Shown: positions 55,274 through 64,000 of the stretch, piece by piece | Position numbering within the stretch: the first letter of the stretch is position 1 | Layout of the letters: each line of letters begins with the position of its first letter | Sequence record: PP919962.1 | Strand: one strand, 5' to 3' | Length of the DNA: 64,000 bases | From: Klebsiella phage KP2025 | Position numbers and translations under genes: made by a program | The notes under the pieces: generated by a model | Database searches by the model: none | What the model was told of the DNA's origin: nothing | The model's input: the letters and a program-made list of their open reading frames with translations, nothing else

Positions 55274-56242
55274 TTACCACTTGGTGTGGTTCGGTAGTAG
55301 TTGTCTATATTGCACCCATCCTTTGAAGTTGGCACTCCAGAAGTTACCATGCTTGTCTACATGGGTATAACCTTCATACCTATTAAGGGTGGCAAATACA
55401 TCTTCACCTGTTGAAGAATCAACTACTAGCATAGGGGTGGCAATATGTTCGAAAGGAGAAGCATGTACCTTACGACCAGTTAGTAAACGTCCATAGATAT
55501 CCAAAGCTTTATCTTTAGTAGAGTTTAGACGACGATAACTCACCTGAGCGCAACAAGAAGATGAGATAGCTTTAGCTTCTTGCTCATCTAGGATAACTTT
55601 CTCGCCATTTTCATCTTCTACGTAATAGCCGCAGAATACCCAGACGTCATCCCCTTCTATACCAATATTTTCGTAGAAGTGTTCTACGTAAGGTGTATGC
55701 CACTGCCCTGGATGAAGCAGTTCTGGAGTTGAAGATTCCACTTCTTTATGCATAGCTTTAGCCAGAGCTTCGATAGTAGGGTCAGCTTCCTCGTCATCTC
55801 GTAGCCACCAAAAGTTTTCATATTCTGTTGCAGTGAGCACTGTTTTCATTCTCTGGAAAGGCTCCAGGAGACGATTAGCAATCTGCTTATGATAACCAGC
55901 TTCTGCTAGTTCCTCCGCAAAACGTGCTGCACTAAGAGCAGCCAATTTCCACCATTCACGACCAGTGTATCCTGCACCCACAATGCCATCGTGTTCTACG
56001 CCCTTATCTTGCATACCTGGTTGATTAGCCCCAAACCGATAAGGCATTGCAGGTTCATTTCTAACCATTTCAATTAGTGTTTTTACTGGGATTGCGCGGC
56101 TAGAAGCAGCATTTCTACTGAATAAGCGATGTGTCATTAATTCGCTATGGATGATTCGAGGGTATTCCAACTCGAAGGTGATAATTTCATTTCCACGCCC
56201 ATTATGTGAATGAGCAATTACTTTTGCGCTAATATCTGGCAT
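55274..56242 (-). CDS. thyX: flavin-dependent thymidylate synthase
   Basis: ThyX signature RHRLFSRNAASSRAIP (RHR-X7-S). Unusually long at 322 aa. Confidence 0.9.
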   Translation of the reverse strand: MPDISAKVIAHSHNGRGNEIITFELEYPRIIHSELMTHRLFSRNAASSRAIPVKTLIEMVRNEPAMPYRFGANQPGMQDKGVEHDGIVGAGYTGREWWKLAALSAARFAEELAEAGYHKQIANRLLEPFQRMKTVLTATEYENFWWLRDDEEADPTIEALAKAMHKEVESSTPELLHPGQWHTPYVEHFYENIGIEGDDVWVFCGYYVEDENGEKVILDEQEAKAISSSCCAQVSYRRLNSTKDKALDIYGRLLTGRKVHASPFEHIATPMLVVDSSTGEDVFATLNRYEGYTHVDKHGNFWSANFKGWVQYRQLLPNHTKW

Positions 56243-56251
56243 TGTTTCTCC

Positions 56252-56863
56252 TTATTTATGATAAATGTCCACAACATTAAAGATATCCTTCCAAGGATCT
56301 TCAATTGAAGTTATCAATACATTTGGTAGTGCTTTTAATTCTTCTAAAAATGGGTCTTCGTAAATAGTATTAAAGTATACCTTTACAACATGATCAGGGA
56401 ATAGAACAAGATTTTCTGCCCGATCATCAATTGTTATGTCACAAGGTAGTAAGTATTTCTCCTTTGTTGCGAAGAAGCCATTACCTGTTCCTCTCCCAAA
56501 ATCAAATTCAGGAAGGTTACGCTTTATATAACGATATTTGGAACTAAAATGTCCACCCTTTGTATGGCTTGCAATGAGAAGTGAATCCCCCGCTTTACCA
56601 AAGTAGTTAAGTGTTTCGACACTTCCTGGTACTGTACCCATTGTGTCGTATAGATGCTGATTATCCCAGAAGGAATGTGGGTCTATCCCAAATCTCTTTT
56701 CGAAATCAGGAAAGTATGCGGATAGGTTGTAAAGTGCATCTTTGCCAGATGTTGGCAATACCACGTTATCACCACTCACAGCATTCAACCAAGCAAGCCA
56801 GGGAACATCAGCCGGAGCTATTACTAAATCACAATCACAAACGATTCTCATGTTTCTCCTCAA
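56252..56863 (-). CDS. HAD-family 5'(3')-deoxyribonucleotidase-like protein
   Basis: N-terminal DxDxV motif (CDCDLV). About 200 aa, in nucleotide-metabolism context. Confidence 0.45.
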   Translation of the reverse strand: MRRNMRIVCDCDLVIAPADVPWLAWLNAVSGDNVVLPTSGKDALYNLSAYFPDFEKRFGIDPHSFWDNQHLYDTMGTVPGSVETLNYFGKAGDSLLIASHTKGGHFSSKYRYIKRNLPEFDFGRGTGNGFFATKEKYLLPCDITIDDRAENLVLFPDHVVKVYFNTIYEDPFLEELKALPNVLITSIEDPWKDIFNVVDIYHK

Positions 56864-56864
56864 A

Positions 56865-56886
56865 GCCCCGTCTGTGGGGCTTATAT
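56865..56886 (-). terminator. hairpin just upstream of RBS
   Basis: GCCCC-GTCTGT-GGGGC. Confidence 0.45.
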
Positions 56887-56893
56887 TACTCTA

Positions 56894-57466
56894 TTAATAC
56901 TTAGATGCAAGCAAAATTTCAACTATCTGTTTTCTTCGCTTAATTATTGTACTGGCGGGAATAACCCCACGCTTTGTAAGCCAAGCTTTATCTTTTTTAG
57001 CCGAACACAAAGCAATTGCTTCTTTCTCTATCCTAGCTTCTTCAAAAGAAATCCCATGCTTATCTGCATAAGCATGTATTGCATTACACTGTTTACACAG
57101 AATACGCAAGTCTTCTTCTTTGACATATAGAAGACGTAGAACAAATCCTGGTAAATCCTCATAGCATGTTAAGGCTTTAGCTGGATGGATATGATCTACT
57201 TGGAAGTCTGCCATTTTACCTGTATGACCACAGATATCACAAGTGCAATTCCATATTTGCTTTGGCTTACCTGTTTTCTTATCTAACATGACATTACCAT
57301 CTTTGTCAAGTCTATCTACTTTGAATCTAACTGCATTGATTTTTCTTATTTTATTAGGGTGTCTCATCCATGCTTTTCGTAAACACCCTCTTATGTATGT
57401 ATAAAATTCTGCTTGTGTTTTCCAGGGAGTTCCTTCTCCCCACATTATTTTTGGTTCTTTATTCAC
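56894..57466 (-). CDS. HNH homing endonuclease
   Basis: CDICGHTG...DHIHP...CKQCN HNH motif. Confidence 0.8.
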   Translation of the reverse strand: MNKEPKIMWGEGTPWKTQAEFYTYIRGCLRKAWMRHPNKIRKINAVRFKVDRLDKDGNVMLDKKTGKPKQIWNCTCDICGHTGKMADFQVDHIHPAKALTCYEDLPGFVLRLLYVKEEDLRILCKQCNAIHAYADKHGISFEEARIEKEAIALCSAKKDKAWLTKRGVIPASTIIKRRKQIVEILLASKY

Positions 57467-57650
57467 TACTGCCTACCTTCTCTGCTGAATAATCACCCGG
57501 TGGAATGTTATATTTGAAAAATAGCATTCTATCTAAACCTGATTTACACATATGCTCAGGGATAACAATAGTATGAAGAAGTTTGCTTTTTCTTTTATTA
57601 TATATGTGATAAACATCTCCTTCCCTATATTGTTTATTCTCCGCCATCAA
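57459..57650 (-). CDS. hypothetical protein
   Basis: 63 aa. Confidence 0.4.
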   Translation of the reverse strand: MMAENKQYREGDVYHIYNKRKSKLLHTIVIPEHMCKSGLDRMLFFKYNIPPGDYSAEKVGSSE

Positions 57651-58032
57651 GTTTTCTCTTTAAAGATTCTACTTCCGCTACTGCTGCAAAGTAGTCCTGA
57701 TGAATCATAGCTTTTAATGCAGCTTGAATAAAAGGATCTTCAGAATACATGTCAATAAGGATTTCTGCTTGTTCCTTCTTCTCTTGACTATTGAACAATG
57801 GGTAGTTGCTTTTGAGATAATTTGGTGCAGAAGCACAGATATCCCGTTCAATATTAATACAATGAATGGCCTTATTTAAATTGACTAATCTATCGCCTTT
57901 ATCTCTGATGATGTATTTAGCTAGCTTAGTAAAACAAGGTGTTCCCCCAATAAGATATGCTAATTCTAGGGGTTGCATTTTAAGACGTTTGTAATGATCG
58001 CCATCTATTTGAATGTTTAATGCATCAGACAT
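57634..58032 (-). CDS. hypothetical protein
   Basis: AGGAG RBS then ATG 58032. Track start 58131 overlaps upstream gene and terminator. Confidence 0.5.
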   Translation of the reverse strand: MSDALNIQIDGDHYKRLKMQPLELAYLIGGTPCFTKLAKYIIRDKGDRLVNLNKAIHCINIERDICASAPNYLKSNYPLFNSQEKKEQAEILIDMYSEDPFIQAALKAMIHQDYFAAVAEVESLKRKLDGGE

Positions 58033-58049
58033 ATAATCTCCTAAATAAG

Positions 58050-58068
58050 AAAGGGGCCGAAGCCCCTG
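58050..58068 (-). terminator. hairpin terminator
   Basis: GGGGC-CGAA-GCCCC with T-run on minus strand. Confidence 0.6.
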
Positions 58069-58072
58069 TGTG

Positions 58073-59041
58073 TTAGATACCAATAGTTGTATTGGCACGT
58101 TTTTCTTTATTACGTAGGTTAATACGCCCACGAGACAAGCTGTTGCAAGAGGAGCAGCGCAACACTTGGAATGTACTTACCGTGGTATGATAAAACTTAC
58201 CAGGTACAATTTCTAAATGATCCTTCCCACAACGAGGACAACGAACATTCTCGTCTTCGTAATAAGCTGACAGATTAGGATGTTGAGGAATCCACGCCAA
58301 GATTTTAATATACAAATCACGTAATGAAACTACATCCCCGTCATTATATGTTTGCATACGTTCGAAAGCACTTCTATCCCCTTCGCAACAAGCTTTCCAC
58401 AATGGGAATCCTTCATTATCTAGCTTTTCGCTTTCTGTTTCAAAGTATGCACCCATTTCTTTTAACGAGTTGGACGGTAGCGCAAACTGTTTCTTGGCTG
58501 CTTTCAATGTGTCTACAACAACATACGTAGATGGTGGTTTCATACCATGATAAGCAAATCTTTGATTAATGTAGGCTCTATCAAACTTATACCCATTATG
58601 TGCGACAACCACATCAGCATCATCTAGAATCTGCCATAGGTCTTGACACAATTCCCAATCATCTGTATGATCGATATCGAACAACGGGTATGAAGTTAAG
58701 TTCTTACCTTCTACTTCTCCTGTATAAAGATCAGAAATAGAATAAGACAACAGATAACCACGTTTAATAACTTGATCTGGTGAAATAAAAGCTTTGAAAC
58801 GGCGGAAACTATAAACAATTTCCGGGGCTGTCTCTACGTCAATGATTTTGATTACAGGCTGTTTAATTCCATCTGCAATATCCCTGACTTCACTAAGACT
58901 CTCGCCACGTGCAAGAAAATCATTTACTGTGCTCTTTCTACTGGCACTTCCTAGAACTTTAGCTGCAATGTGTCTTGAAGAATAACCCGCAGCTTTCATC
59001 GATGCAATTTCGATTTTCTGTTCATTTGTTAACTTACTCAA
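58073..59041 (-). CDS. DnaQ-like 3'-5' exonuclease with N-terminal HTH and C-terminal zinc ribbon
   Basis: Exo I IDVETAP, Exo II VVAHNGYKFD, Exo III YNDGDVVSLRDLY. C-terminal CPRCG...CSSCN. TTG start with GAGGAGG RBS. Confidence 0.7.
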   Translation of the reverse strand: MSKLTNEQKIEIASMKAAGYSSRHIAAKVLGSASRKSTVNDFLARGESLSEVRDIADGIKQPVIKIIDVETAPEIVYSFRRFKAFISPDQVIKRGYLLSYSISDLYTGEVEGKNLTSYPLFDIDHTDDWELCQDLWQILDDADVVVAHNGYKFDRAYINQRFAYHGMKPPSTYVVVDTLKAAKKQFALPSNSLKEMGAYFETESEKLDNEGFPLWKACCEGDRSAFERMQTYNDGDVVSLRDLYIKILAWIPQHPNLSAYYEDENVRCPRCGKDHLEIVPGKFYHTTVSTFQVLRCSSCNSLSRGRINLRNKEKRANTTIGI

Positions 59042-60162
59042 ACTTCCTCCTCTTCTGAGATATAGCTCTGAAGCATACTCTCAAATGTTGTTTCATCTTT
59101 ATCCCAACGTTTCATATAAACCAACTGGAATATTGTTTCTAGCCATTCATCAGTAGTCAGATATACATCTACTCCATCGAAAGATGTAAAAGTAACTCCT
59201 GTAGGGAACCATTCATAGTACTGGTCTTTTACGGTTTGGAATAATTCCGCTTGGGTTTTACACTGAGATATTAATTTATAACATGTCATATCGCCAAATT
59301 TAATATCAAAATCTTGGTATGGGCGGATACTATCTGTTTTATCTCCCATAAGCATCTGGTATGCTAACCAATAACTACCCCAGCCCTTAACCTCTTTCTT
59401 TTTACTTTTTTCTACTACCCAAATATCTCCGATAGAGTCATCTATCAGAATTATCTGAGGTGTTTTAAACACACCATCTTCTTTATAGAAGTTGAATAGT
59501 AAACTAGGAGTGGATAAGCTGTCCTTATCTATTGAGCACACTATGTATGAAAATTTCCCTGTTTTAAGGTAATCTTGGTATCCCGTATACCCATATTTTT
59601 CAAGTTCATCGTCTGCTTCAATATCTGTGACTACATCCCCATTATGTTGTTCAACAAGGTAGTTTTTAGTCTCAGATAATTGTAAGGGTTTTATTTCAGA
59701 TCTTTCAGATTTGTATTCTGTTGGCATTTGGAATAAATGCCGGAATGTTTTACCTACACCAATAACGCCACGGTATTTTGTTACTTTGAGATGGTCTAAA
59801 ATACCGCCGATTTTTGTTTTTGCTGCTTGAAAAGTGAATGCAATGTTGTCAGGAGCAACTTGAACATCTTCAATGTCAAAATCTTCTTTTGAGAAAGTTT
59901 TTTTGCCTGCCTTCTCTCTTGAGCTATTTAAAGCTCCTAACCAACCCCCAATGGTTGTTTTACTACTTCCCCAAAAATCGGTACGTTTATCAAACTCTTT
60001 TGTGTTCCCGGAAGATTTGTGTATAACTTTGATTGAACGTTTCTCTAAAGCAGATGCTGCTTGGAAAGCAATCTGATCATAGTCAATTACAAGTGTTGTA
60101 TTTTCATCAATATACTTATGTAAATCTTCCGGCTCTATTAATATGTAGCCGATATTACCCTC
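59038..60162 (-). CDS. rnh: T4 RNase H-like 5'-3' exonuclease/flap endonuclease; start codon unresolved
   Basis: LVIDYDQIAFQAASAL matches T4 rnh ICLIDFSQIALSTAL. Frame open from TAG at 60163-60165 but first ATG or GTG is at 59727, after the conserved N-terminus. Confidence 0.6.
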   Translation of the reverse strand, partial: EGNIGYILIEPEDLHKYIDENTTLVIDYDQIAFQAASALEKRSIKVIHKSSGNTKEFDKRTDFWGSSKTTIGGWLGALNSSREKAGKKTFSKEDFDIEDVQVAPDNIAFTFQAAKTKIGGILDHLKVTKYRGVIGVGKTFRHLFQMPTEYKSERSEIKPLQLSETKNYLVEQHNGDVVTDIEADDELEKYGYTGYQDYLKTGKFSYIVCSIDKDSLSTPSLLFNFYKEDGVFKTPQIILIDDSIGDIWVVEKSKKKEVKGWGSYWLAYQMLMGDKTDSIRPYQDFDIKFGDMTCYKLISQCKTQAELFQTVKDQYYEWFPTGVTFTSFDGVDVYLTTDEWLETIFQLVYMKRWDKDETTFESMLQSYISEEEEV

Positions 60163-60372
60163 CTATTCATCATCCTCGTCGGTTGAAAATGTCTTTGTAT
60201 ATGGACATTGACGATTTACAGATACTTCGTAGGTGAAGTCATAATTTGAGTTAGAATAGAAACAAACTTTTGTATCACCACTCACAGTTTCTCCTGAATT
60301 TGGAATGGTTATTTGCCCTGCTTTTGCAGAAGCACTTGTGATTAATAATAAAACAAGTAGAATGTTCTTCAT
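60163..60372 (-). CDS. small secreted protein
   Basis: GAGGATAATATT ATG. Signal peptide MKNILLVLLLITSASAKAG. Same frame as rnh, separated by TAG. Confidence 0.55.
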   Translation of the reverse strand: MKNILLVLLLITSASAKAGQITIPNSGETVSGDTKVCFYSNSNYDFTYEVSVNRQCPYTKTFSTDEDDE

Positions 60373-60446
60373 AATATTATCCTCATAATGCCCACCTAAC
60401 TAAGTAGGAGGGCATGTTAACACAAACGAAGTCCGTAAGTCAAGCG

Positions 60447-61331
60447 TTATTTTTTAAAAGTCGCTTCAGCCAGATCTTCTAGCATACCGCGTATCTCTTT
60501 GAAGCACAGCAGGACTGCTGCTTCGATACTACCTTCCTCGTCGTTGAAGTATTTCGGGAACTTGATTCCACTTAGACGGAAATCTTTATCCACAATGAAG
60601 TTGACAACACCATCATACTCCAGACCAATAGCCTGAACAGATTTGCCATCTTCTTTCAGCTCTAGAGCTTTAGAGTCATACAGGGATTCTTTGCTCCAGA
60701 CAACGATACCTTCATCATCTTCCAGTTTGATGTAGTTGCCAAGAGTTAGACGCTGAAATTCATGAGTCTCTAAAATCTCACCAAAACCTTTTACAATAAG
60801 GTCTTCATGGACACCAAAACCCATAACTGCAAAACTACCCAGAACATCACGCAGGAATGCAGTAATTTCCTCGCTGACTTTCTTACTACCATTAATAACG
60901 TACAGAATGTCCATCTCAGTATCAAGCACTACGTAGTTGTAGAAATCATCTGCTTCTGTCTCCGGGAGGAGAGAGAAAATAACATCAGCTTCAATAGCTT
61001 TCTTACTTTCTTTGTCGAGGAAGAACTCAATACCGGGATTATCGATAGCATGGGCTTCTTCCATCTGTTTAATCTTAGCAGCAACCAGGCGTTTAACTTT
61101 TTTCTTGTTCACTTTCTTGACAGACTGACCAACGTTGATCAGTTGCAAACCGTTAAACTCTTTCACATAAGATTGGTCATCCTCAAACTTAACGAGGCCA
61201 ATTGTATGAGCTTGCTGACCTTCTGCAATCACGAAGTCCAGAGGACGATCAGTGATGTTATTTAGTTCGGCAATAGACAGACCTTCGGCAGCAGCCAGCG
61301 GAAGGGCAGATTTGAATTTTTTAGCAAACAT
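60447..61331 (-). CDS. RdgC-like recombination-associated protein (tentative)
   Basis: AAGGAG RBS. 294 aa with internal similarity to RdgC (DILYVINGSKKVSEEITAFLRDVLGS). Confidence 0.4.
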   Translation of the reverse strand: MFAKKFKSALPLAAAEGLSIAELNNITDRPLDFVIAEGQQAHTIGLVKFEDDQSYVKEFNGLQLINVGQSVKKVNKKKVKRLVAAKIKQMEEAHAIDNPGIEFFLDKESKKAIEADVIFSLLPETEADDFYNYVVLDTEMDILYVINGSKKVSEEITAFLRDVLGSFAVMGFGVHEDLIVKGFGEILETHEFQRLTLGNYIKLEDDEGIVVWSKESLYDSKALELKEDGKSVQAIGLEYDGVVNFIVDKDFRLSGIKFPKYFNDEEGSIEAAVLLCFKEIRGMLEDLAEATFKK

Positions 61332-61340
61332 AGTTTCTCC

Positions 61341-61625
61341 TTATTTCACTTCAACAACGAAATACTGTACCTTCTCATAGGTCACGATATAGTCAGGCAT
61401 CTTGTACTCACCCTTGTAAGTCTTACCAAACAGGCGCACAGCTTCATTTACTTTATTAGCAGGATCAGCTAACCACTGTGCTTCAGTATGGAAACGGAAC
61501 TTCATGTGTTTATTGCCACTATGCAACCCAACAACGTCTGTTGTAATGTCTTCGATACCTGCACGTTTCAGGTTTTGAATAATCTGTACTAATCCGTTCT
61601 CGAAAAGTTGAGTTTCTTCGAACAT
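61341..61625 (-). CDS. hypothetical protein
   Basis: GGAGG RBS then ATG 61625. Track start lies inside a hairpin. Confidence 0.5.
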   Translation of the reverse strand: MFEETQLFENGLVQIIQNLKRAGIEDITTDVVGLHSGNKHMKFRFHTEAQWLADPANKVNEAVRLFGKTYKGEYKMPDYIVTYEKVQYFVVEVK

Positions 61626-61662
61626 GGTTTCCTCCAAACATTGCCCCCGAAGGGGCATAAGG

Positions 61663-62385
61663 TTAGCCTACAATACTTTTAATATCAGGTTTAGAAAAGG
61701 TTGAAGGTTTCATGATCTTCCCTTTATCATCAAAAAACACATAAACTTTCTGTTTCTCATTGTAGGTGGCATGTACACCAGTATACGCACCTTCTGGACG
61801 ATCCTTATTACGCTCCTCGATTGCAGCACACTCTTGCTCCAGCGCAAAATCAATGTCCTTAGTCTCCCACACTGCCAGAAGCTGTTTGCGAGTTGGGTAT
61901 TTCGAGTCATTACTACGTAATACTTCTTTAAGAACTTTTTTGTAGTTGTACTTAGAACGGACTAGAGTGTCTCTTGCCATGCGTAGCATAGCTATAGTAA
62001 GAGGAATAATTTGTGCATCGGTTGACATTTCTTTCTCATATAAAAGAAATTCATCATACACTGCTTCAGGGAAAACATCACCAATACCTGTGCTTAAAAT
62101 CTTTTCAAGATTTTCTTCACCAGTAAACATAAAAACTAGGTAACTAGCGACTACAAAAACATCAGCGGCAGCATCCAAAAGTTCAATATGATCGTTAATC
62201 TTGGCAGCATCCTGAAATTCTTTCAACTCTTCTCTGACATAGCCTAGCTGTGCAATAAACATTTCATTGGTAAACTCAGGAGTTTCTCCTCCTCGTGCCT
62301 TAGCATTCCATGCAATAACATGTTTAGCAGCGTCAATGAAAAATTGATTATCGGCTTTAATAGGTTTATAAAAATCTGTAATCAC
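61663..62385 (-). CDS. MazG-like nucleotide pyrophosphohydrolase (tentative)
   Basis: AAGGAG RBS then GTG. VREELKEFQDA...ELLDAAADVFVV resembles MazG EExxE...D motif. Confidence 0.45.
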   Translation of the reverse strand: MITDFYKPIKADNQFFIDAAKHVIAWNAKARGGETPEFTNEMFIAQLGYVREELKEFQDAAKINDHIELLDAAADVFVVASYLVFMFTGEENLEKILSTGIGDVFPEAVYDEFLLYEKEMSTDAQIIPLTIAMLRMARDTLVRSKYNYKKVLKEVLRSNDSKYPTRKQLLAVWETKDIDFALEQECAAIEERNKDRPEGAYTGVHATYNEKQKVYVFFDDKGKIMKPSTFSKPDIKSIVG

Positions 62386-62394
62386 TCGTTCTCC

Positions 62395-62574
62395 TTAAAT
62401 TAGATTAGAAATATAGCGTGCTAGGTAATATGTAACTAAACCAAAACCAATCCCAGACATAGCCGAATCTATAACGCCAGCAATTTGTACAGGAATAGTT
62501 TTTCTTTCTTGTTCAGCAAGGGTCATAATACCGATTGCGATAATAAACAACACTAATAAAATAATGTAAAACAT
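62395..62574 (-). CDS. small membrane protein (59 aa)
   Basis: AAGGAGG RBS 4 nt before ATG; two hydrophobic segments. Confidence 0.5.
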   Translation of the reverse strand: MFYIILLVLFIIAIGIMTLAEQERKTIPVQIAGVIDSAMSGIGFGLVTYYLARYISNLI

Positions 62575-62583
62575 TTTACCTCC

Positions 62584-63702
62584 TTATTCGGCAGGTTCCC
62601 ATGTCCCGTCGATCATCTCTCTTAGACGAACACCAACTGGTTTCGTAGGAACCCCGGCGTCAGATAATTCTTCATATTCAATTTCTACAAATTGATCGAT
62701 AAGTTGGGAAGCGTTATCGGCTTTGCGGTAGTTAATGGTGGGATGTGAATCTTTCCTCATCAGGAATTCCACAATCTTATCATCTTTTGTGACCCCTGTC
62801 AACACCCCATCACCATTTTTATCAACAGTCATACCCGTTACTTTTACTTCCATGTTGCCACGAGGTTTACGTTTGATAACGTCATAGGAACGTTTACCGA
62901 ACTCGTACATACCGTCTTCGTTGCGATACACGATACCTTCGGCTTTATCTTCCAAAGCTTTTTCATAAAAAGCGTCTAACTGCTCTTGGTTTTCAATGTA
63001 CTCAGAATGCACAACATGAATAAGGTCTTCTAAGCCAGCCTGTACAACCATTTCTGCTAAGTCTTTCAAGAACTCTACACGCTTCTTGAATGGTAGATCT
63101 GGTACAGGAATATCATATACGTAGTAGCCTAACTGCTCAGTGATACCAGCCTTATACTTCTTCCATGCACCATTGATGACTTGCAGACTCAGAACACCCA
63201 AGCCAGCAAACACTTCACCATCTAAAGGATACCCAAAATCTTCCTGAATGAACTCAGGAATTTTAGTCCAGTGTTCAGGAAGTGTATACACTTCACCAGC
63301 TTTTGATAGGCATTCACCATCATCGTTAATCATAGAACGTAAACCATTCAACTTGTATTGCGCATACCCTGGGAAACGCACTTTATGAGAGAAGTCCTTA
63401 TAATCCTGACACTTCATCGGTGTAAAGGGTTCGTGATCTTGTGCTTCCTCAATGGTGTGGTAATATCCTCGTTTAAGCTGCTTCGTCCATTTTGCCAAAG
63501 CTTCTAATTCCGCTTGCTCTTCTGGTGTAGTTTCATTAGATCGACCAACATTTTTAGCTTCTGCTTCATAGGACTTCGTAGTAATCTTTCCACCAAGACG
63601 ACCATGACCAACTGTAACAGTTGCACCATCCGTATAGACAGACCATTCTTTAATATTACCTTTGGTGTCTTTACCATACAATGTAGGATTTAATTGCAGC
63701 AT
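62584..63702 (-). CDS. ATP-dependent DNA ligase
   Basis: Motif I QYKLNGLR (K-x-[DN]-G-x-R), EGIVYRNEDG motif IV/V region, C-terminal OB-like KRKPRGNMEV. Confidence 0.75.
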   Translation of the reverse strand: MLQLNPTLYGKDTKGNIKEWSVYTDGATVTVGHGRLGGKITTKSYEAEAKNVGRSNETTPEEQAELEALAKWTKQLKRGYYHTIEEAQDHEPFTPMKCQDYKDFSHKVRFPGYAQYKLNGLRSMINDDGECLSKAGEVYTLPEHWTKIPEFIQEDFGYPLDGEVFAGLGVLSLQVINGAWKKYKAGITEQLGYYVYDIPVPDLPFKKRVEFLKDLAEMVVQAGLEDLIHVVHSEYIENQEQLDAFYEKALEDKAEGIVYRNEDGMYEFGKRSYDVIKRKPRGNMEVKVTGMTVDKNGDGVLTGVTKDDKIVEFLMRKDSHPTINYRKADNASQLIDQFVEIEYEELSDAGVPTKPVGVRLREMIDGTWEPAE

Positions 63703-63711
63703 TATTTCTCC

Positions 63712-63936
63712 TTACCAATCAAAAACTGTTTCTTGGACACTAAACATCATCTGTGTTAAATCAACCTCTAAATATTCCGATGATGTAACGAGGAACGAGT
63801 TTACAATAGTGAATCCTTCATTATCCAAGACTTCGCAAATCTCTTGATACATATCTTCAATCTCTACACCTTCCCCAAAAGAGAAAAGGCATTGCTCGTG
63901 CTCACTCACGCCTCTTACATAAATAGCTGTACTCAT
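63712..63936 (-). CDS. hypothetical acidic protein
   Basis: GGGAGG RBS; 74 aa. Confidence 0.5.
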   Translation of the reverse strand: MSTAIYVRGVSEHEQCLFSFGEGVEIEDMYQEICEVLDNEGFTIVNSFLVTSSEYLEVDLTQMMFSVQETVFDW

Positions 63937-64000
63937 TCATCCTCCCACACTGCATACGCGCAGCAATCATCTGTTTCAATTTCACCTTCATTTCCGCAAA

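Noticed and set aside
62584-63702. Asn in place of Asp in ligase motif I (KLNG instead of KxDG)
   Set aside because: The consensus motif K-x-[DN]-G-x-R allows Asn, so this is within known variation and not evidence of inactivity.

Overview
This window is a contiguous piece of a large virulent dsDNA phage genome from an enterobacterial-type host. It has about 40% GC, sigma70-like TTGACA/TATAAT promoters and strong AGGAGG ribosome-binding sites. There are no rRNA or tRNA genes, no CRISPR array and no recognisable transposon. The window has two transcription blocks that converge on a bidirectional terminator at about 34.6 kb.

Plus strand, 0.5-34.5 kb:
- 0.5-5.5 kb: a lipoprotein, an AAA-type ATPase and several hypotheticals.
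- 5.5-6.1 kb: an A+T-rich repeat array.
- 6.6-18.1 kb: an early-gene array of about 35 very small ORFs, most with their own near-consensus host promoter and a conserved GC-rich stem-loop in the 5' UTR.
- 18.1-19.7 kb: a 1.5 kb A+T-rich ORF-free region.
- 19.7-34.5 kb: a tightly packed operon of small overlapping ORFs, including a protein with four zinc-ribbon repeats plus a T5orf172 domain, and a DxD glycosyltransferase.

Minus strand, 34.6-64 kb, a T4-like replication and nucleotide-metabolism module:
- ATP-dependent DNA ligase, MazG-like pyrophosphatase, RdgC-like protein.
- RNase H/FEN (rnh) with no canonical start codon.
- DnaQ-like exonuclease, HNH endonuclease, HAD-type deoxyribonucleotidase.
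- ThyX, NrdA and NrdB.
- RmlC and RmlD without RmlA/B.
- Glutaredoxin, T4-type GH24 lysozyme, PhoH.
- HslV-like N-terminal-threonine protease.
- Dam-like N6-adenine methyltransferase, small serine recombinase, lambda-type Ser/Thr phosphatase, SLOG-family protein.
- A cluster of Sir2-like protein, TRD-less C5-methyltransferase-like protein and a nucleotidyltransferase-like protein.

The most unusual feature is a tandem family of six small acidic paralogous proteins at 38.4-40.5 kb. All six end in a conserved C-terminal W-x-S-S-S-x-x-C tail. I cannot assign it to any known family from sequence alone.

Other notable observations:
- Palindromes (GCGCCC-N-GGGCGC) embedded in the promoter spacers of four early promoters.
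- The -10 hexamer sitting in a hairpin loop at three sibling early promoters.
- A conserved 25-45 bp element (core CTTAGAATGCGTTTTAGAGCGTT) at five intergenic sites.
- ATGAGAAT(C/G)ATTC inverted repeats at the edges of the early region.
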